In this document: positions 40,154 through 53,101 of the stretch, piece by piece
How the letters are laid out: each line of letters begins with the position of its first letter
Position numbering within the stretch: the first letter of the stretch is position 1
Assembly: GCF_006345805.1 (NCBI RefSeq)
Contig: NC_042997.1
Location: 57,970,001-58,034,000 of the forward strand
DNA length: 64,000 nt
Source: Octopus sinensis
Taxonomy: Eukaryota
Reading direction: 5' to 3'
Notes under the pieces: model-generated
Told to the model about the DNA's origin: nothing
Database searches by the model: none
What the model saw: the letters and a program-made list of their open reading frames with translations, nothing else
Translations under genes and position numbers: made by a program

Positions 40154-40608
40154 TACATTATTTACAATTGATGGATATTTGTCCTCCTCTTGTTTGTTGT
40201 TGACACAATGTTTCGGCTGATATACCTTCCAGCCTTCATCAGGTGTCTTGGGGAAATTTTGAACCTGGGTTTTCATTCCTAACGTATTTTTGGATGTTGT
40301 TATTATTATTATTCTTATTATTCAGGTCACTACTTGGAATCGAACTCGGAATCTTGGGGTTAGTAGCCCGCGCTCTTAACCCCTAAGCCACATGCCCACG
40401 GGCATATGGTGTACTAACCCCAAGATTCTAAGTTCGATTCCAGGCAGTGACCTGAACAACAACAATGACGAAAAATACCATAGGAATGAGAACCCAGGTT
40501 TTAAATTTCCCCAAGACACTTAATGAAGGTTGGAAGGTATATCATCCAAAATGTTGTGTCAACAACAAACAAGATGAGGACAAGTATCTGTCAATTGTAA
40601 ATAATGTA
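40154..40608. mobile_element. Head-to-head pair of Penelope-like terminal repeats (tRNA-like head, (AAT)n, hammerhead motif)
   Basis: Imperfect inverted repeat centred at ~40398; the same unit flanks a GIY-YIG fragment at 55982-57135. Confidence 0.75.
40202..40247 (-). ncRNA. Minimal type I hammerhead ribozyme-like motif (PLE type)
   Basis: Minus-strand RNA GACAC-CUGAUGA-A-GGCUG-GAAGGUAUAU-CAGCC-GAAA-CAUU-GUGUC: stem I GACAC/GUGUC, intact CUGAUGA and GAAA cores, stem II GGCUG/CAGCC; stem III reduced and mismatched (ACAU, probably from ACGU). Confidence 0.65.
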
Positions 40609-40759
40609 AGTAATGCACATAATTCCTCATCTCTTAAATATAGAACTGTACTGTGGCCTTTGTTGTCCAGCTCAATAGTGGTTGACCTAGAACTAAGCAC
40701 CTACGACTTATAAAGCTCTCCTCACTTCTGTGAGTACCTCTAGGAACATTATGGAGAAA

Positions 40760-42500
40760 CATGGCTCCTCAGCTGTAGTGAAGGCAATCTGACTAGAGAA
40801 CAGTAACTGAAATGTTGCTGGCTGGAGATGGACTCCTTAAACTGCAATGAAAGAAACTCATTTAGAAAGCAGTAATCTGAATAAACCATGACACAATATA
40901 GTAAGGGCATTTAAGTCCTTTTCTTCCTTTAAGATGCAGGAGATGGGCATCAAACAACTCCCAAACTCCACCACCAAAACTTTTCTTATTCTGTCTGGTT
41001 AAACACTTCGGAACTGTTATTATCAATGTTGATATAATGAAAGTAGAGATTGTAGAGATGCTAAATCAGAGTGAAGTAGATGTGTGCTGTGTATAAGAAA
41101 ATGGAATGGAGTCTTTACATTCTTCACAGATACAGATTCTTTTGAATTAGTAACAGCGTTGGAATGGGTAGTGTAAGCATATTGCACAGAGAAATGGTGA
41201 GATAAAGTAATTCAGATAGTGTATGTAACACTAGTTATAAGCAATGAGAGCTACAGTGATTTCTGCATATGCACTACAATCAGGGTTAGGTGAACAAAAG
41301 AGCCTGTTTGATTGTTTTGTAGGCTATCTCAGTAATGAACAACAGCAATGTTATCATGGCTACTGACTTTTAAAATGTCAGATAACACCATGATGGTTAT
41401 CCGAAGTACATGCATATGGTACAAGGAATGACTATAGATCAAGTCTCTTGGAGTTGTATCATGTAAATGACATAACTATTTGCTGCACTAACTTTATGAA
41501 ACCTGCCATCTACTTGATCAGCTATCAATAAGCTGAAAAGGTAAGCCATATAGACTTTTATTGTGGATGGTGCAAGGTTCCAGCTTAATGGAAAATGATA
41601 TGGTGTAGAATGGTACAGTAAAGGACCATAAATGCTATGGGACAAGCCTGGGAAAGAGATTGGTAGAAAAGAAAAAGCAAAAAATAAAAGGGAAGCTTAA
41701 TATCTCGGAGAGGAACTGAAATATAAAGGTTTGCATGTGTTATGTAATGAGAGAATCAGTGGTGTGAGGTATTCTGCATTGAAAAGCAGTTTGTCAATGT
41801 GAATGTCGACATCATTTGGGAAACTGCAAATCATCTACAAAGATGCTGTCAGCAAGTTGAGAGTTAGCAATGAATTTAGTGACAGTCGGCTTCTTGTTTA
41901 TCATTATCCAGGCCCTAATGCAGGAATTGAAGACCAGCTGACCAAGGAACTGTATGCTTATAACCCTGTTCTCATTGTTGAATCTGTCAGATTTAGAGTA
42001 GAAAATTTCAAACCTAGCAAACTAAAGTTTTAGTTTTTGCAACAATGAAAGCAAAACTCTGCTGCAATCAGAGCACTTATGCTTGATATGCAAAAACCAA
42101 GTTCAGAGACCTATTGCTTCTATTAACAACAAAGGCATTTTCTCTTTGAGTGAAGGGAAGATTGTATGATGCTTGTAGCATAATATTAAATATGGTGAGT
42201 GTGTGAAGAGTGGTAAGAGATGAGGCAAGCACACTTCACTATATCTATAATGTTAGTGTGCGTGATTAATGGAGCACAAATAAGAGAAGTTGACTACACC
42301 AGTAAGGACATGTAAAACATGTTGAAGATAACAGTTGGGTATAGAAGTGCCAAGTGATTCAAGTGGAAGGAACATGCAAAAGTGTAAGTTATAGGAAGAA
42401 GTGGTGAAGACTGAACTCAGGAGTTCAAATTGCATGAAGAATATGACAAGATCACAACAAAGGCAAGACGATGTACTGGAAAAGATCCATCCTATGAAAG
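40760..42500 (+). mobile_element. Degenerate RTE-clade LINE
   Basis: APE N-terminus VEIVEMLNQSEVDVCCV*E (~41043-41100) and RT-region IYKDAVSKLRVSNEFS (ORF 41803-42033); heavily decayed. Confidence 0.65.
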
Positions 42501-44329
42501 CACAGAAAAATGGATGTGTAAGTGAAAAAAATTATAATGGTACATTACACATCATGCTTGTCTAGCAAAATTATATTATGAAAGAAGAAATACTTGTTTT
42601 TAATGCATTCTTAGAAACAACTTAGACTAAAACAATCTTACCCTATTGTAATTATGTTTTAGATAAGTAGATATCATCATGAAAGCTGTTTTTTAAAATG
42701 CAACAGATGTAGACTAATCAACAGTTTTGAGAAATTGAAAGAGAATAGTTAGTATTAACAGTTTGATGGAGCAGACAACAGAGAATTAGTCAATGTACTA
42801 ATGATATTTAATTTTGTTTTTCATTTTCCTGAGTTGAAATTCTCTTAGATTTTTCTTTTTAATTACTGGAAGTATAGTCAAGTATATTCCTATTTGTTCT
42901 GTTTACCTTTCATCCTAGTGGGACTGAGGTATATAACTGTTGCTGACAAGATTTGAAACTGAGATTGTGAGAAATGAAAAGACATACATCACTCTTATCA
43001 GATTTATAATTTTTTAAAAATAAATGCAATATAGCAGAATTATAGCATTGAATATGAAATGTTGGGATGTTCAGGATGTTCCCTATAAATCAACAGTGTA
43101 TATAAAGTAAAAGGGCTTCAATAAGGATGTAAAACTTTCATCATTGACTTGTTAGGAGCATACTGTTTACTTTATGACACTCATTGATAATGGGTTTATA
43201 ACAACCCATCTCAATACTGAATTAAGATTTAGGAAAGCAAATCTGTGATACAGCTAGAAGACAACATTAACATCTAGTTGTACGTACTCAAAATATAACA
43301 TTGAAAATAGTCCAGTCTCTGCTACTTGTCAGGCCAAGAGAAGTAAACTGTCAGGGTATCGGTCACTCTCTGACAGTAGAGACCTCCAGCGTTCTTGGCC
43401 CCCACCCCTGACCTTATCCCTTCTTACTACTATCGGGATGGAGAAGGCCATCTGCAATTGTTAGCCCTGTAGATCGGAGTGACTGTTCCAACACATCTCC
43501 TTCACCATCCTCCAGAGCAACACTTCTTCCATTTTGTCTGCTGGGACCATAAAGTGGTTTGAAATGCAGAAAATTTTATGTTCCACTCTTTAATGTAAAA
43601 TTAGCCAATATTAATAACTTTCAACTGTCATACAAGTACTCAATCATAGATTGATCAGCATTACTTCTCATTTTAATACTAAATGTATCAAGACTAGAAA
43701 ATTTTATCAATGATATAGATTAAAAAAACATTGACTTCTTCCTTAAGTACGAGAACCTATGTACATAATATTTATTTCCTTTGAATAGAAGACATTTAGT
43801 CAATTGTCTCAATCCAAATATTTTTACTGTTGTAAATGACTGTTATGTTATTCAAATGCATGTCAGAATTAATTGAAGAATTGTTTCCCTACATGATGTT
43901 GTGATTAGACCACCTTAGTTGTACATAAGTAATTGGATTTTATCCCTACTGAGTATGTAGGTAGTGAATTGGCAAAGGCTGTAGGGCATTGAATTGAGTG
44001 CTTTGTGGTAGCCGTTCTTGCTTTCTGTATTCTGAGCTTAAATAGCATGAAAGCCAACTTTGTCTTTTGTCATCCTGGGATCAATAAATAAAATACAAGT
44101 CAAATACTAAGTGAAGGGACTCTCCTGTCTGCCTGCCTGTCTCGGTGTCTGTCTGACTCAGAGTAAGTTATATTCTTAGAGTAAGTTACATTCCACTGTA
44201 AGAAAGATTAGGGCGATCACTTGTATCTTTTACTTGTTTTAGTCATTAGACTGAGGCCATGCTGGGGCACCACCATGAAAAGATTTTAGTTGAATGTAGT
44301 GATCTCAATACTTATTTTTTTTTTAAAGC

Positions 44330-44625
44330 CTGATATTATTCTATCTGTCCCTTTTACTGAACTACTAAGTGACAGGGATGTAAACACACCAGCTCTGGTT
44401 ATCAAGCAGTGATAGTGGTGAGGGGACAAACACAGACACAAAGATAGACACATACACATATATATATACATATGACAGGCTTCTTTCAGTTTCCATCTAC
44501 TAAATCCTCTCACAAGACTTTGGTCATCCCAAGACTATACTAGAAGACACTTGCTCAAAGTGCCATACATTGGGATAGAATCTGAACCATGTCGTTAGGA
44601 AGCAAGCTTCTTACCACACAGCCTC
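44330..44625 (-). mobile_element. tRNA-SINE family A
   Basis: Reverse complement of the 46341 copy (AAGCTTCTTACCACACAGCC head end; CTTCTTTCAGTTTCCATCTAC body). Confidence 0.75.
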
Positions 44626-45093
44626 CTTCAGAAAGTAGAACAGTTGAGAAGAAAGTATGCTATTCTCAAAGAAAAACTAAAATGCTAACAGAACCATTCA
44701 AAGATAGACTGAAGCATCATACAGCATTAGGAAATGTATCAATTCTCTTTTGGAATGTTGGATCATGAAATAAATAACCTATAAATAATAATTCATAGCT
44801 TATCTGCTTCATGATCCAATGTTTTAAAAAAGAATTATTTCACATTCTCTCAAAGTTTATAAATTCTTATGACATCAACAAAAGAAGTGTATGGTTGTTT
44901 ATTTTTGTGTATGTATTAACTGTTTGTTGATTACTGTTACCATGTGGATTAGCAATAAGTGTTTGTGTATTTGGGGCCTAACATGAAATGACACAAGATA
45001 GAGATATTTTCTCTGAAGTTGTTGAAGTCATAAAAGGATATCTGTAAAAATAATGTTCATCTAATATCTGCATGAAAAAGACATGTTAAAGCA

Positions 45094-45125
<32 letters not shown>

Positions 45126-45282
45126 TAATATTTAGCAGAAGTAACAGAGTAACTTAAAATCTGAGAGTTTCATGCATTGGCATTTGTACCTTGAGTCACT
45201 CTGTTACTTCTGCTAAATATTAGTAAAAATATACATATACTCATATTCTGAGTTCTATCATTCTGGTTTGCATCAACACACA

Positions 45283-45350
<68 letters not shown>

Positions 45351-46340
45351 GGAGAGGGAAAGAGAAAGAGAGAGACAGACAGACAAACAGATTGCATGAG
45401 TGTGTTTCAAAAACAAAGTTTTAACATATTTTGCATAATTATTTTCTCATAATTATACATCCATATCATAACATTAATTTTAATTCTTTCTTGTAGCCTA
45501 TAACTTCATGGTTGTATAAATTCCATTATGCATCATAATTACATTAATTATTCCTGTCTGAATGATGGAAGGTTTTTAACAAACTGAGACTATAACAGTA
45601 TCAATACCTATTTTTGCCAACAATGGCATTTTGTAAAGGCATGACTACCCAATTTTCCATTCTCCAAGAATTTCATACTTTCATTGAATGAAAAGAACAA
45701 CTTTCTCTCTCTCTCTCTCTCCTACTCCCACACATGAACTGTTTGTTCATTATCATAGCAGTTGTTATCATTAATTCAAATTAGACTACATAGTTATAAA
45801 CCAAATAAAGCATTTTTTTTATGTAGGCATGAGATACTTTTTCAGTAAGCAGGCAAGAGTTCACAATGTATATACTTAACTAGCATTTCACAACAAGACT
45901 ATTAATGATTTTTAAACAAATATATTCCATTACATTTAGTATATCCATGTTTGTTTGTTCTGTGTTTGTTTTTCCATGCTGACATGAACTGGAAAAAAAC
46001 TTACAGCTTGGGGAGAGAAAAAGATGTATGGTGGTGTAATATTCAATGAAATGGTTCCAAGCAGTGAGAAGGATTAGTGCTCTCAAGGAAGAATTGCAGT
46101 TAGAGAGAGACATGCATGCACATACACACACATGCACGTATGCACAAACACACTGACAGACATGCACACACACACAAAAGGAAAAGAGGTGACACAGGAA
46201 AAACAATGGTGATATGTTTTCCCAGTGTCGTCATTTTTATTACTACTGCTCTATACTTGTCTAACACCTTGTTCTAAAATGCATATTGATTTCTGTACCA
46301 GGCTATTAGTCTCACAATGCCTAAGTGATGTACATATATA

Positions 46341-46736
46341 GGTACAGGAGTGGCTGTGTGGTAAGTAGCTTGCTAACCAACCACATGGTTCCGGGTTCAG
46401 TCCCACTGCGTGGCATCTTGGGCAAGTGTCTTCTGCTATAGCCCCAGGCCGACCAATGCCTTGTGAGTGGATTTGGTAGACGGAAACTGAAAGAAGCCTG
46501 TCGTATATATGTGTGTGTATGTGTTTGTGTGTCTGTGTTTGTCCCCCTAGCATTGCTTGACAACCGATGCTGGTGTGTTTACGTCCCCGTCACTTAGTGG
46601 TTCGGTAAAAGAGACCAATAGAATAAGTACTGGGCTGACAATGAATAAGTCCCGGGGTCGATTTGCTTGACTAAAGGCGGTGCTCCAGCATGGCCACAGT
46701 CAAATGACTGAAACAAGTAAAAGAGAATAAAGAGTA
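46341..46736 (+). mobile_element. tRNA-SINE family A, full length and young-looking
   Basis: Head GGTACAGGAGTGGCTGTGTGGTAAG, internal (TG)n, 3' AAACAAGTAAAAGAG tail; many CpGs retained. Confidence 0.9.
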
Positions 46737-47211
46737 TATTAGAAGAAATCAGGTACTCAGAAATCTGGATGGTTTTATATTTACAGCTATTTATTAGTAT
46801 GTTACATGATTTTATAAATCATATATCATATATTAGCGCTTTCATCCACTCTAGTGGAGTTGTCAAATTGAACTTTTGTACGAATTTTGTCTCTTTTTAT
46901 AGTATTATTGAGTGTGTAGGGGTGGGGAGAGATATAAGATAGTACAAGAGGGTGAGGAATGGGGAGAAAGTGAGAGAGAGCGTGTGTGTGTGTGTGTTTG
47001 TATCTGAAAGAAGTGTCAAAGAAAAAGAGAAGGAAAGGAAGAAGGAGAGAAAGAAGAAAAAATTTGTTGATATCTTTGCAGTTGGGCAGTCTTTCAATAG
47101 TAAATGATTCTTGATTTTTAGAAATGGCAAACCCAGCTGGTCACTCCAAGGGGAACAAAATATCACTTTTCAAAAAATTGTTTGGATTTCTTTTTAACAT
47201 TGTCTTGTGAT

Positions 47212-47258
<47 letters not shown>

Positions 47259-47329
47259 TATGTGTGTGTGTGTGTGCATCTATGTGTGCATGTGTGTGTG
47301 GGTGTCTGTGTATCTGAAGGAAGTGTCAA

Positions 47330-47640
47330 ATATATACTTTCACTTTAATAGTTTCAGTATTAAAGTGAAAGTGTCAGCATTACAAAAGAGAGATGTTTTT
47401 GTTTCACTTTTAACACGTAATACTGAAATAGTGGAGAAGATATGATATTGCTGTGGGGTCGCCCTAGGGAAAAAGTTAAGATTTTTTTTGCCGATGACAC
47501 TCCCCGGACCTTAAGTAAGGCATGTGTAAAATTTGAATGAAATTGGTTGTGTAGTTCTTAAGTTTTAGGGAAACACACACAGACAGACAGATAGATAGAT
47601 AGACAGACACACATTCTCAGTTTTATATATATAGAGATAG
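47330..47640 (-). mobile_element. Helitron/DINE-like fragment
   Basis: The minus strand begins TCTATATATATAAAACTGAGAATGTGTGTCTGTCTATC... followed by (GTCT)/(ATCT) microsatellite, typical of DINE-like 5' ends. Confidence 0.4.
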
Positions 47641-48249
47641 AGATATATCATCGGCAGAAGTTAGAGAGTAAGTCAAAAGCTGAGAGTTTCGTGTATTGGC
47701 ACTTATCAAACATGAATTTGGCCATTGTCACTGTAATTTCTGCCTATTATTAATGTGTGTGTGTGTGTATAGATATGTTTCTTTATTAGCCACACAGGGC
47801 TGCACACAGACGGGACAGATTACAAAGTATAGCTTTTCTTTTTGGAGAGAAAAAAAAAGTGGGATAGGTTTTCGATCAAAAGGGATTTGAACTCAGAACC
47901 GGAACAAATACTACAAAGTATACAGCCCAACCTTCTTACACTTCCGTCACACCACCGTCTTAGATTGTTATTTTTATCGACCCTGAAAGTATGATAAGCA
48001 ATATGTGCGTATTCCAGTCAAGTGGGTATCCTGATAACTTGTGATCAGTCAATAGAGTCCGAAGTATGGAAGGATAAATTCTTTGCTCTTCCCACGCTTG
48101 TTATTGTCCATCAGATCGTCGTAGTCCCTTGGTCACAAAGATTAAATTTTGGTTTCTCTGAACGGAAGGGATTGCTAGCTGTGGTACCCACCTTTTACCT
48201 AGATTAAGGATTCTCATTTGAAAGACTGACCAGGCAGAAGTCAGATGAT

Positions 48250-48285
<36 letters not shown>

Positions 48286-48599
48286 GATGGGGAAATCACC
48301 CACCTCCGGCTGCTTGTTTTACATTTTGTTTTATCGATTCTGGAAAGATGAAAGGCGATAACGGTAATAAATAATGCAAGGAATTTGACTGAAGCTCCGA
48401 CAAATTTACTGATAGTCTGTTTTTAAAGATTGTAAAATGCTTGGTGAAATATGAACGGATTCAAATAGCTATGATATAAAATTAGGTAGATATTACTTTT
48501 CGATACAATGACTGAAAGAAAGAGTGGGGTGAGAAATGTTATTTATTCGATACCATCACAAACCTATATCAAATACTTGTTTTGTGTTTGAGCTTGAGA

Positions 48600-48777
48600 T
48601 TAAGTGTGAGACAAACTTACCGCGATAATTTCAAAGTAGTCAGCTGGTGGTAACTATAACAACGACTAACAATATGGCGTCACAACAGTCGGAAACTTCG
48701 TCCAATGAGTTCTTTTTCTAAATTATTTTCTTGTTCATCTCATTCTTCAAACAACAAAGTCAAGATTTATCGCAGCA
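48600..48777 (+). promoter_or_regulatory. Probable promoter/5' UTR region of the ANKRD45-like gene
   Basis: Locally CpG-richer; YY1-like AATATGGCG at 48671-48679; acceptor-like ATCGCAG 2 nt before the ATG at 48778. Confidence 0.4.
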
Positions 48778-49069
48778 ATGATGAAAAAAATAACTGAAGA
48801 TGTAGAAGTGACAGAAGAAGTCAGTACTTCAGAAATCTATGTTAGCCCAGACGAAACTCCTATCACCCATTGTATTCTACATAACAGCGTTAAAATTCTG
48901 GTCGATACGTTAAACGATGAAGAAAATGAAATGTTAGTGCCTCCGTTATTGAACGAACGCAATGCTACGGGTAAATCACCGTTGGAGTTGTGCGCTATTC
49001 TGGGACGAACTGACATCATGAGAGAGTTGTTGTCAAAGGGAGCGGACGTCAACCTAGCCAACTGTGAAG
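48778..49069 (+). CDS. ANKRD45: Ankyrin repeat domain protein 45-like, exon 1
   Basis: LNERNATGKSPLELCAILGRTDIMRELLSKGADVNLANCE(G) ankyrin repeat; donor GAAG|GTATCA, phase 1. Symbol from recalled similarity, not a search. Confidence 0.8.
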
Positions 49070-50066
49070 GTATCAGATTTCTTAGTTCACCTCTGAAGTT
49101 CATGTCCCATACACCACACAGACGTACTTTACCATACTTCATTCTACCTCCACGACAGCTTTATTTGAAACAATTACATTTACAAAATCTTTTTTTTTTT
49201 AAACATTAAAATGAAAGGGTTGGAAAGTCAGCTTATGATTCGTGAATTCAAATTTATTCTTGACGTTTATATTTATTGATTCAGTTTCTGTATTAAGTTA
49301 AGGTAACTGTGGAGAATAGGTGCTCGTTAATTTTTCTGTGAAGCTACTTACTAGCAACCTACCCAGGTAGTAACTAGTTTTTCACCCACTTAACACAAGG
49401 AAGGAATGCAATAGGTCTATCAATCCTACTGACATACGTTTTCTAATGGTCAGCTACTCAACTCAAGAATCTGTGGTTCCAAATCTCATCAGATGTTCAG
49501 TTATTTTTTAAAAAAAGAGTATATATATTAAGGTTCTAGTTACTACTCCAAGTATCATCTCATTAACTTGTAAGATATAGAGTTGAGGCAAACAAGCTGA
49601 ATCAGTGAGCCTATTAAAATTCTCACTTGTACCTATTTTTATTCATTTACATTACAACGATGTAATTGAGAGATGTACTGACTTGTATCCGCCTTCTTTC
49701 CTTCTCCTATGATATGAAGCCTTGAGTCTAGTCAAAAGAAATCAGTGGAAAAGAAAGACTATATCTTAGTAAATTCTCATTGAGTATTTGAAAAGTCATA
49801 AATTAATAAGGGAAATTCAATCATTAACATGTCATAAATTTTTAAAAGGCAGTGGATAGTTGATATGTTACAGTATCTTAAAAGCTTTGTAGTAATTATT
49901 TGCACCCACTTTACATTCTTTATATACAGCCCTTTTACAGTCCTGCTGGGAGTTGAATTCGACTTCTGTTCTCCTAAGATCTATATATGATGAAGTCCTA
50001 ATGTAAGAAATCATTTCTTTATAAATGTCTCTAAAATAGTGCCATATGATATTAATTTTGTCTTTA

Positions 50067-50280
50067 GTGCAGTGAGTTGGCAGAATTGCTAGTACTCTTG
50101 GCAAAATGCTTAGTGGTATTTCATCCACCTGCATGTTCTGAGTTCAAATTCTGCTGAGGTGAACTTTGCCTCTCATCTTTTCAGGGTCGATAAAATAAGT
50201 ACTAGTTGAGCATTGGGGTTGATGTATCCAACAAAGCCCCTACCTTGAAGTTACCGGCCGTGTGCCAAAATTAGAAACCA
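50067..50280 (+). mobile_element. tRNA-SINE family B with 17-bp target-site duplication
   Basis: ATATTAATTTTGTCTTT at 50049-50065 and 50281-50297 flanks the copy. Confidence 0.85.
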
Positions 50281-51229
50281 ATATTAATTTTGTCTTTCAG
50301 GTAAGACACAAAGTATTCTTTTTGAATTATTTAGTAACTGATGTAGACATCATTTTCCTGTAAGCACAACTGTTACAGCAATCTCTTTTCTTGATAACAA
50401 TCTATCAGTTATCATTCATTGATTAAGCTGATACAAATTGCATGTATGGTATTGATAGTTTTTTAGAGTCCCAGGTCAATCTCACAACAATTCCAGCTAT
50501 GACTACTTTGTCTTTTTTAAGGCATAATGTGTTTTTTCCTATTTTTAAAGACACATTGCAGGTCAAGCGAGAGGAACTATATAGTTGCTCCTGCATCAGT
50601 GAGACATCTCAGTGTTGGTAATTCAATCCTGGAGTCTTCAGTTTGATTCTTGTCTTAATTTTATAACCTAACATTGATTTCCAAGCATTCACTCACATAA
50701 GGCCTCACATTTACAAGTAAGGATTAGATCTGATGAATTCGTTCCACTACTTCATTTGCTCACACAACAGTGAGGATGAAAGTCAAAGTCAATGTTAACA
50801 GGACTTAAACATGAAACATAAAGGGACATAACTAAATACGGCATAACATTTCTGCCAATCCAATGCCATAGTTATAGATCAACCATTGAAGAGTGATAAC
50901 CTTGAAATATCACAGTGTGTTTGTATTTGTGTGAAGTATAGTGCAGTGTTATGTAGTAATGTCTGATACAGTGCAAGATACTGGAATGGTTCAATTTTTC
51001 TTTTTTTTCTTTCAAGTAGACGTTTCTTCTGTCACAAGCTTGAAATTATTATATTTCATATGAATATTTATTTCCTATATTGATTGGCACAAAGTTATAA
51101 ATTTATATTTTCTTACAATAACCAGAAAACTCTGAAGCAATGGTAATGCTCAGCTATATAGACAAAAACACATCAAAGAACATATGGCAACTTTGGGTAT
51201 ATATCATAATGGTTGTGATGTTGTAACTG

Positions 51230-51281
<52 letters not shown>

Positions 51282-51808
51282 GCGCGTGCGCACACACACA
51301 CACAAACACACACATCACTCAGCAAGACCTTAGTCAGCTGCTCTCCAGCTATCTATTTAAGGCTGTATATGGTTATGATGTGATCACACTTGTAATTTGC
51401 ATCACCAGTCTGGAACCCCTATCTTGCTCAGAACATCCTGGAAACTGTTCAGAGATGTACGACCAAATGAATACCCTCCACCAGGCATCTACCACACTCT
51501 GAATACCTTGCTTCACTGGGCATCGATACATTGAAGCTCTGATATCTGGGAACTGACTTAGTAAAGAACCACAAAATTATTAACCATTGTGCCAACAACA
51601 ACCTTGAGCACCTTTTTGAATTCCATGTGTCTAACACACATGGGTGTGCCTACAACGTCAGAAAACAGCACAGCTCCTATGACTTTTGGAAACATTTATT
51701 CCCACTCAGAGTTGCTGAAGCATGGAACAAACTACCTGCATCAGTTGTTGGCTGCCGAGGCAATGCATCCTTTAAAACTTCTATGCGTCCTGAAATTTGC
51801 CAACACTA

Positions 51809-53101
51809 CGAGGGGCGTTCAATAAGTAATGCCCCTGACCCACCTCCCATAGCAGTAGAGCAACGAAACTTGGCACAGTTATTAGTCTTTTTCTATATAG
51901 GAACCACCCAGAGTTACGCATTTCTCCCATCGTTTGATGCAGCTCTGGAGACCATTTTTGTAGAAGACCCCAGCTTGGTCCTCCAACCACGACGTGACTT
52001 CAGAAATCAAGGCTGCATCATTTGGGAAACGCTTTCCTTTCAAAAACAACTTCATGGCTGGGAAGAAGTGAAAATCAGAGGGTGCAAGGTCAGGAGAGTA
52101 GGGGGGATGGGGGAGGAGTTCATAGCCGCACACCTGTGCTTCTGATCTGGCGACACGCGAGTTGTGGACCGGAGCGTTGTCTTGCAGGAGGAGGATGCCT
52201 TTGCTGATCTTGCCCCACCTCTTGATTTTGATAGCTTCTCTTAATTTCCTCAAAAGTGAAGCATAACAGGCTCCTGTAATTGTGGTACCCTTTTCCAGGA
52301 AATCTGTCATCACTACTCCGTCCTGGTCCCAGAAGACTGTGAGCGTGACCTTGCCAGCGGAGGGCTGCACCCTTGCCTTCTTTGGAGGAGGTGAGTCGTG
52401 GTGCTTCCACTGCACTGACTCGGCTTTGGTCTCTGGATCATAGTGATGGACCCAGGTTTCATCCTGTGTAATCAGTCTTTCGAAAAATTTTTACTCATCT
52501 TCTTGGCACATCTTCCAATTCATCCTCGAGCACTCAACGCGTTCTTGCTTCTGGAAAGGTGTGAGCAACCTGGGAATCCATCTGGCAGACACCTTTTGCA
52601 TATGCAAATGGTCATGAATGATAGTTTCCACAGAACCGGTACTAATCTTGACCTCATGGGCTATTTGGCGAATAGTTATGCGTCGATCTTCCAAAATGGC
52701 TGCCTCAACTTGACGGACAGATGCCTCATCAATGGCAGAAGGGGGACGACCAGATCTGGGAGCTGTTTTCACAGAGTTCTGACCATGTTTGAATTTACGA
52801 TGCCAGCGTTTTACAAGGTCATATGATGGGGCATCATCACCATAAGTTACTTTCATTTCATCAAAAGTCTTCCGTGGTGTGCATCCTTTCAAATACAAAA
52901 ACCGGATCACTACTCGACACTCAACAGGCTCCATTTCACACTTGACTCAGTTCAAACACCTGTAAATCAGAAACCACAATTAGTTCAGAGCTGTAATTTG
53001 CCACTTAATCTATAAAGATATCAATAATTGCACATGCAACATTTCAGCTAGGTCAAACAACTGCAAGTGGGTCAGAGGCATTACTTATTGAACGTCCCTC
53101 G
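51809..53101 (-). mobile_element. Full-length mariner transposon (1293 bp)
   Basis: TA TSDs at 51807-51808 and 53102-53103; 35-bp TIRs CGAGGG(G/A)CGTTCAATAAGTAATGCC(C/T)CTGACCCAC with 2 mismatches. Confidence 0.97.
51882..52934 (-). pseudogene. Mariner DD34D transposase with a single premature stop
   Basis: 350-codon frame: HTH N-terminus, WIPRLL, QDETW, QDNA-(34 aa)-D in YSPDLAPSD; in-frame TAA at 52491-52493 is the only lesion seen. Confidence 0.93.

Noticed and set aside
40323-40395. tRNA-like sequences here and at SINE heads as tRNA genes
   Set aside because: Acceptor and T stems do not pair properly and each is fused to a repeat body; they are tRNA-derived heads.
49070-49209. C-terminal part of the 143-aa ORF 48778-49209
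   Set aside because: Read-through into intron 1; the ankyrin frame continues by splicing to 53692.
51627-52826. Plus-strand ORFs of 172, 96 and 127 aa
   Set aside because: Antisense shadows of the mariner transposase and CR1 remnant.
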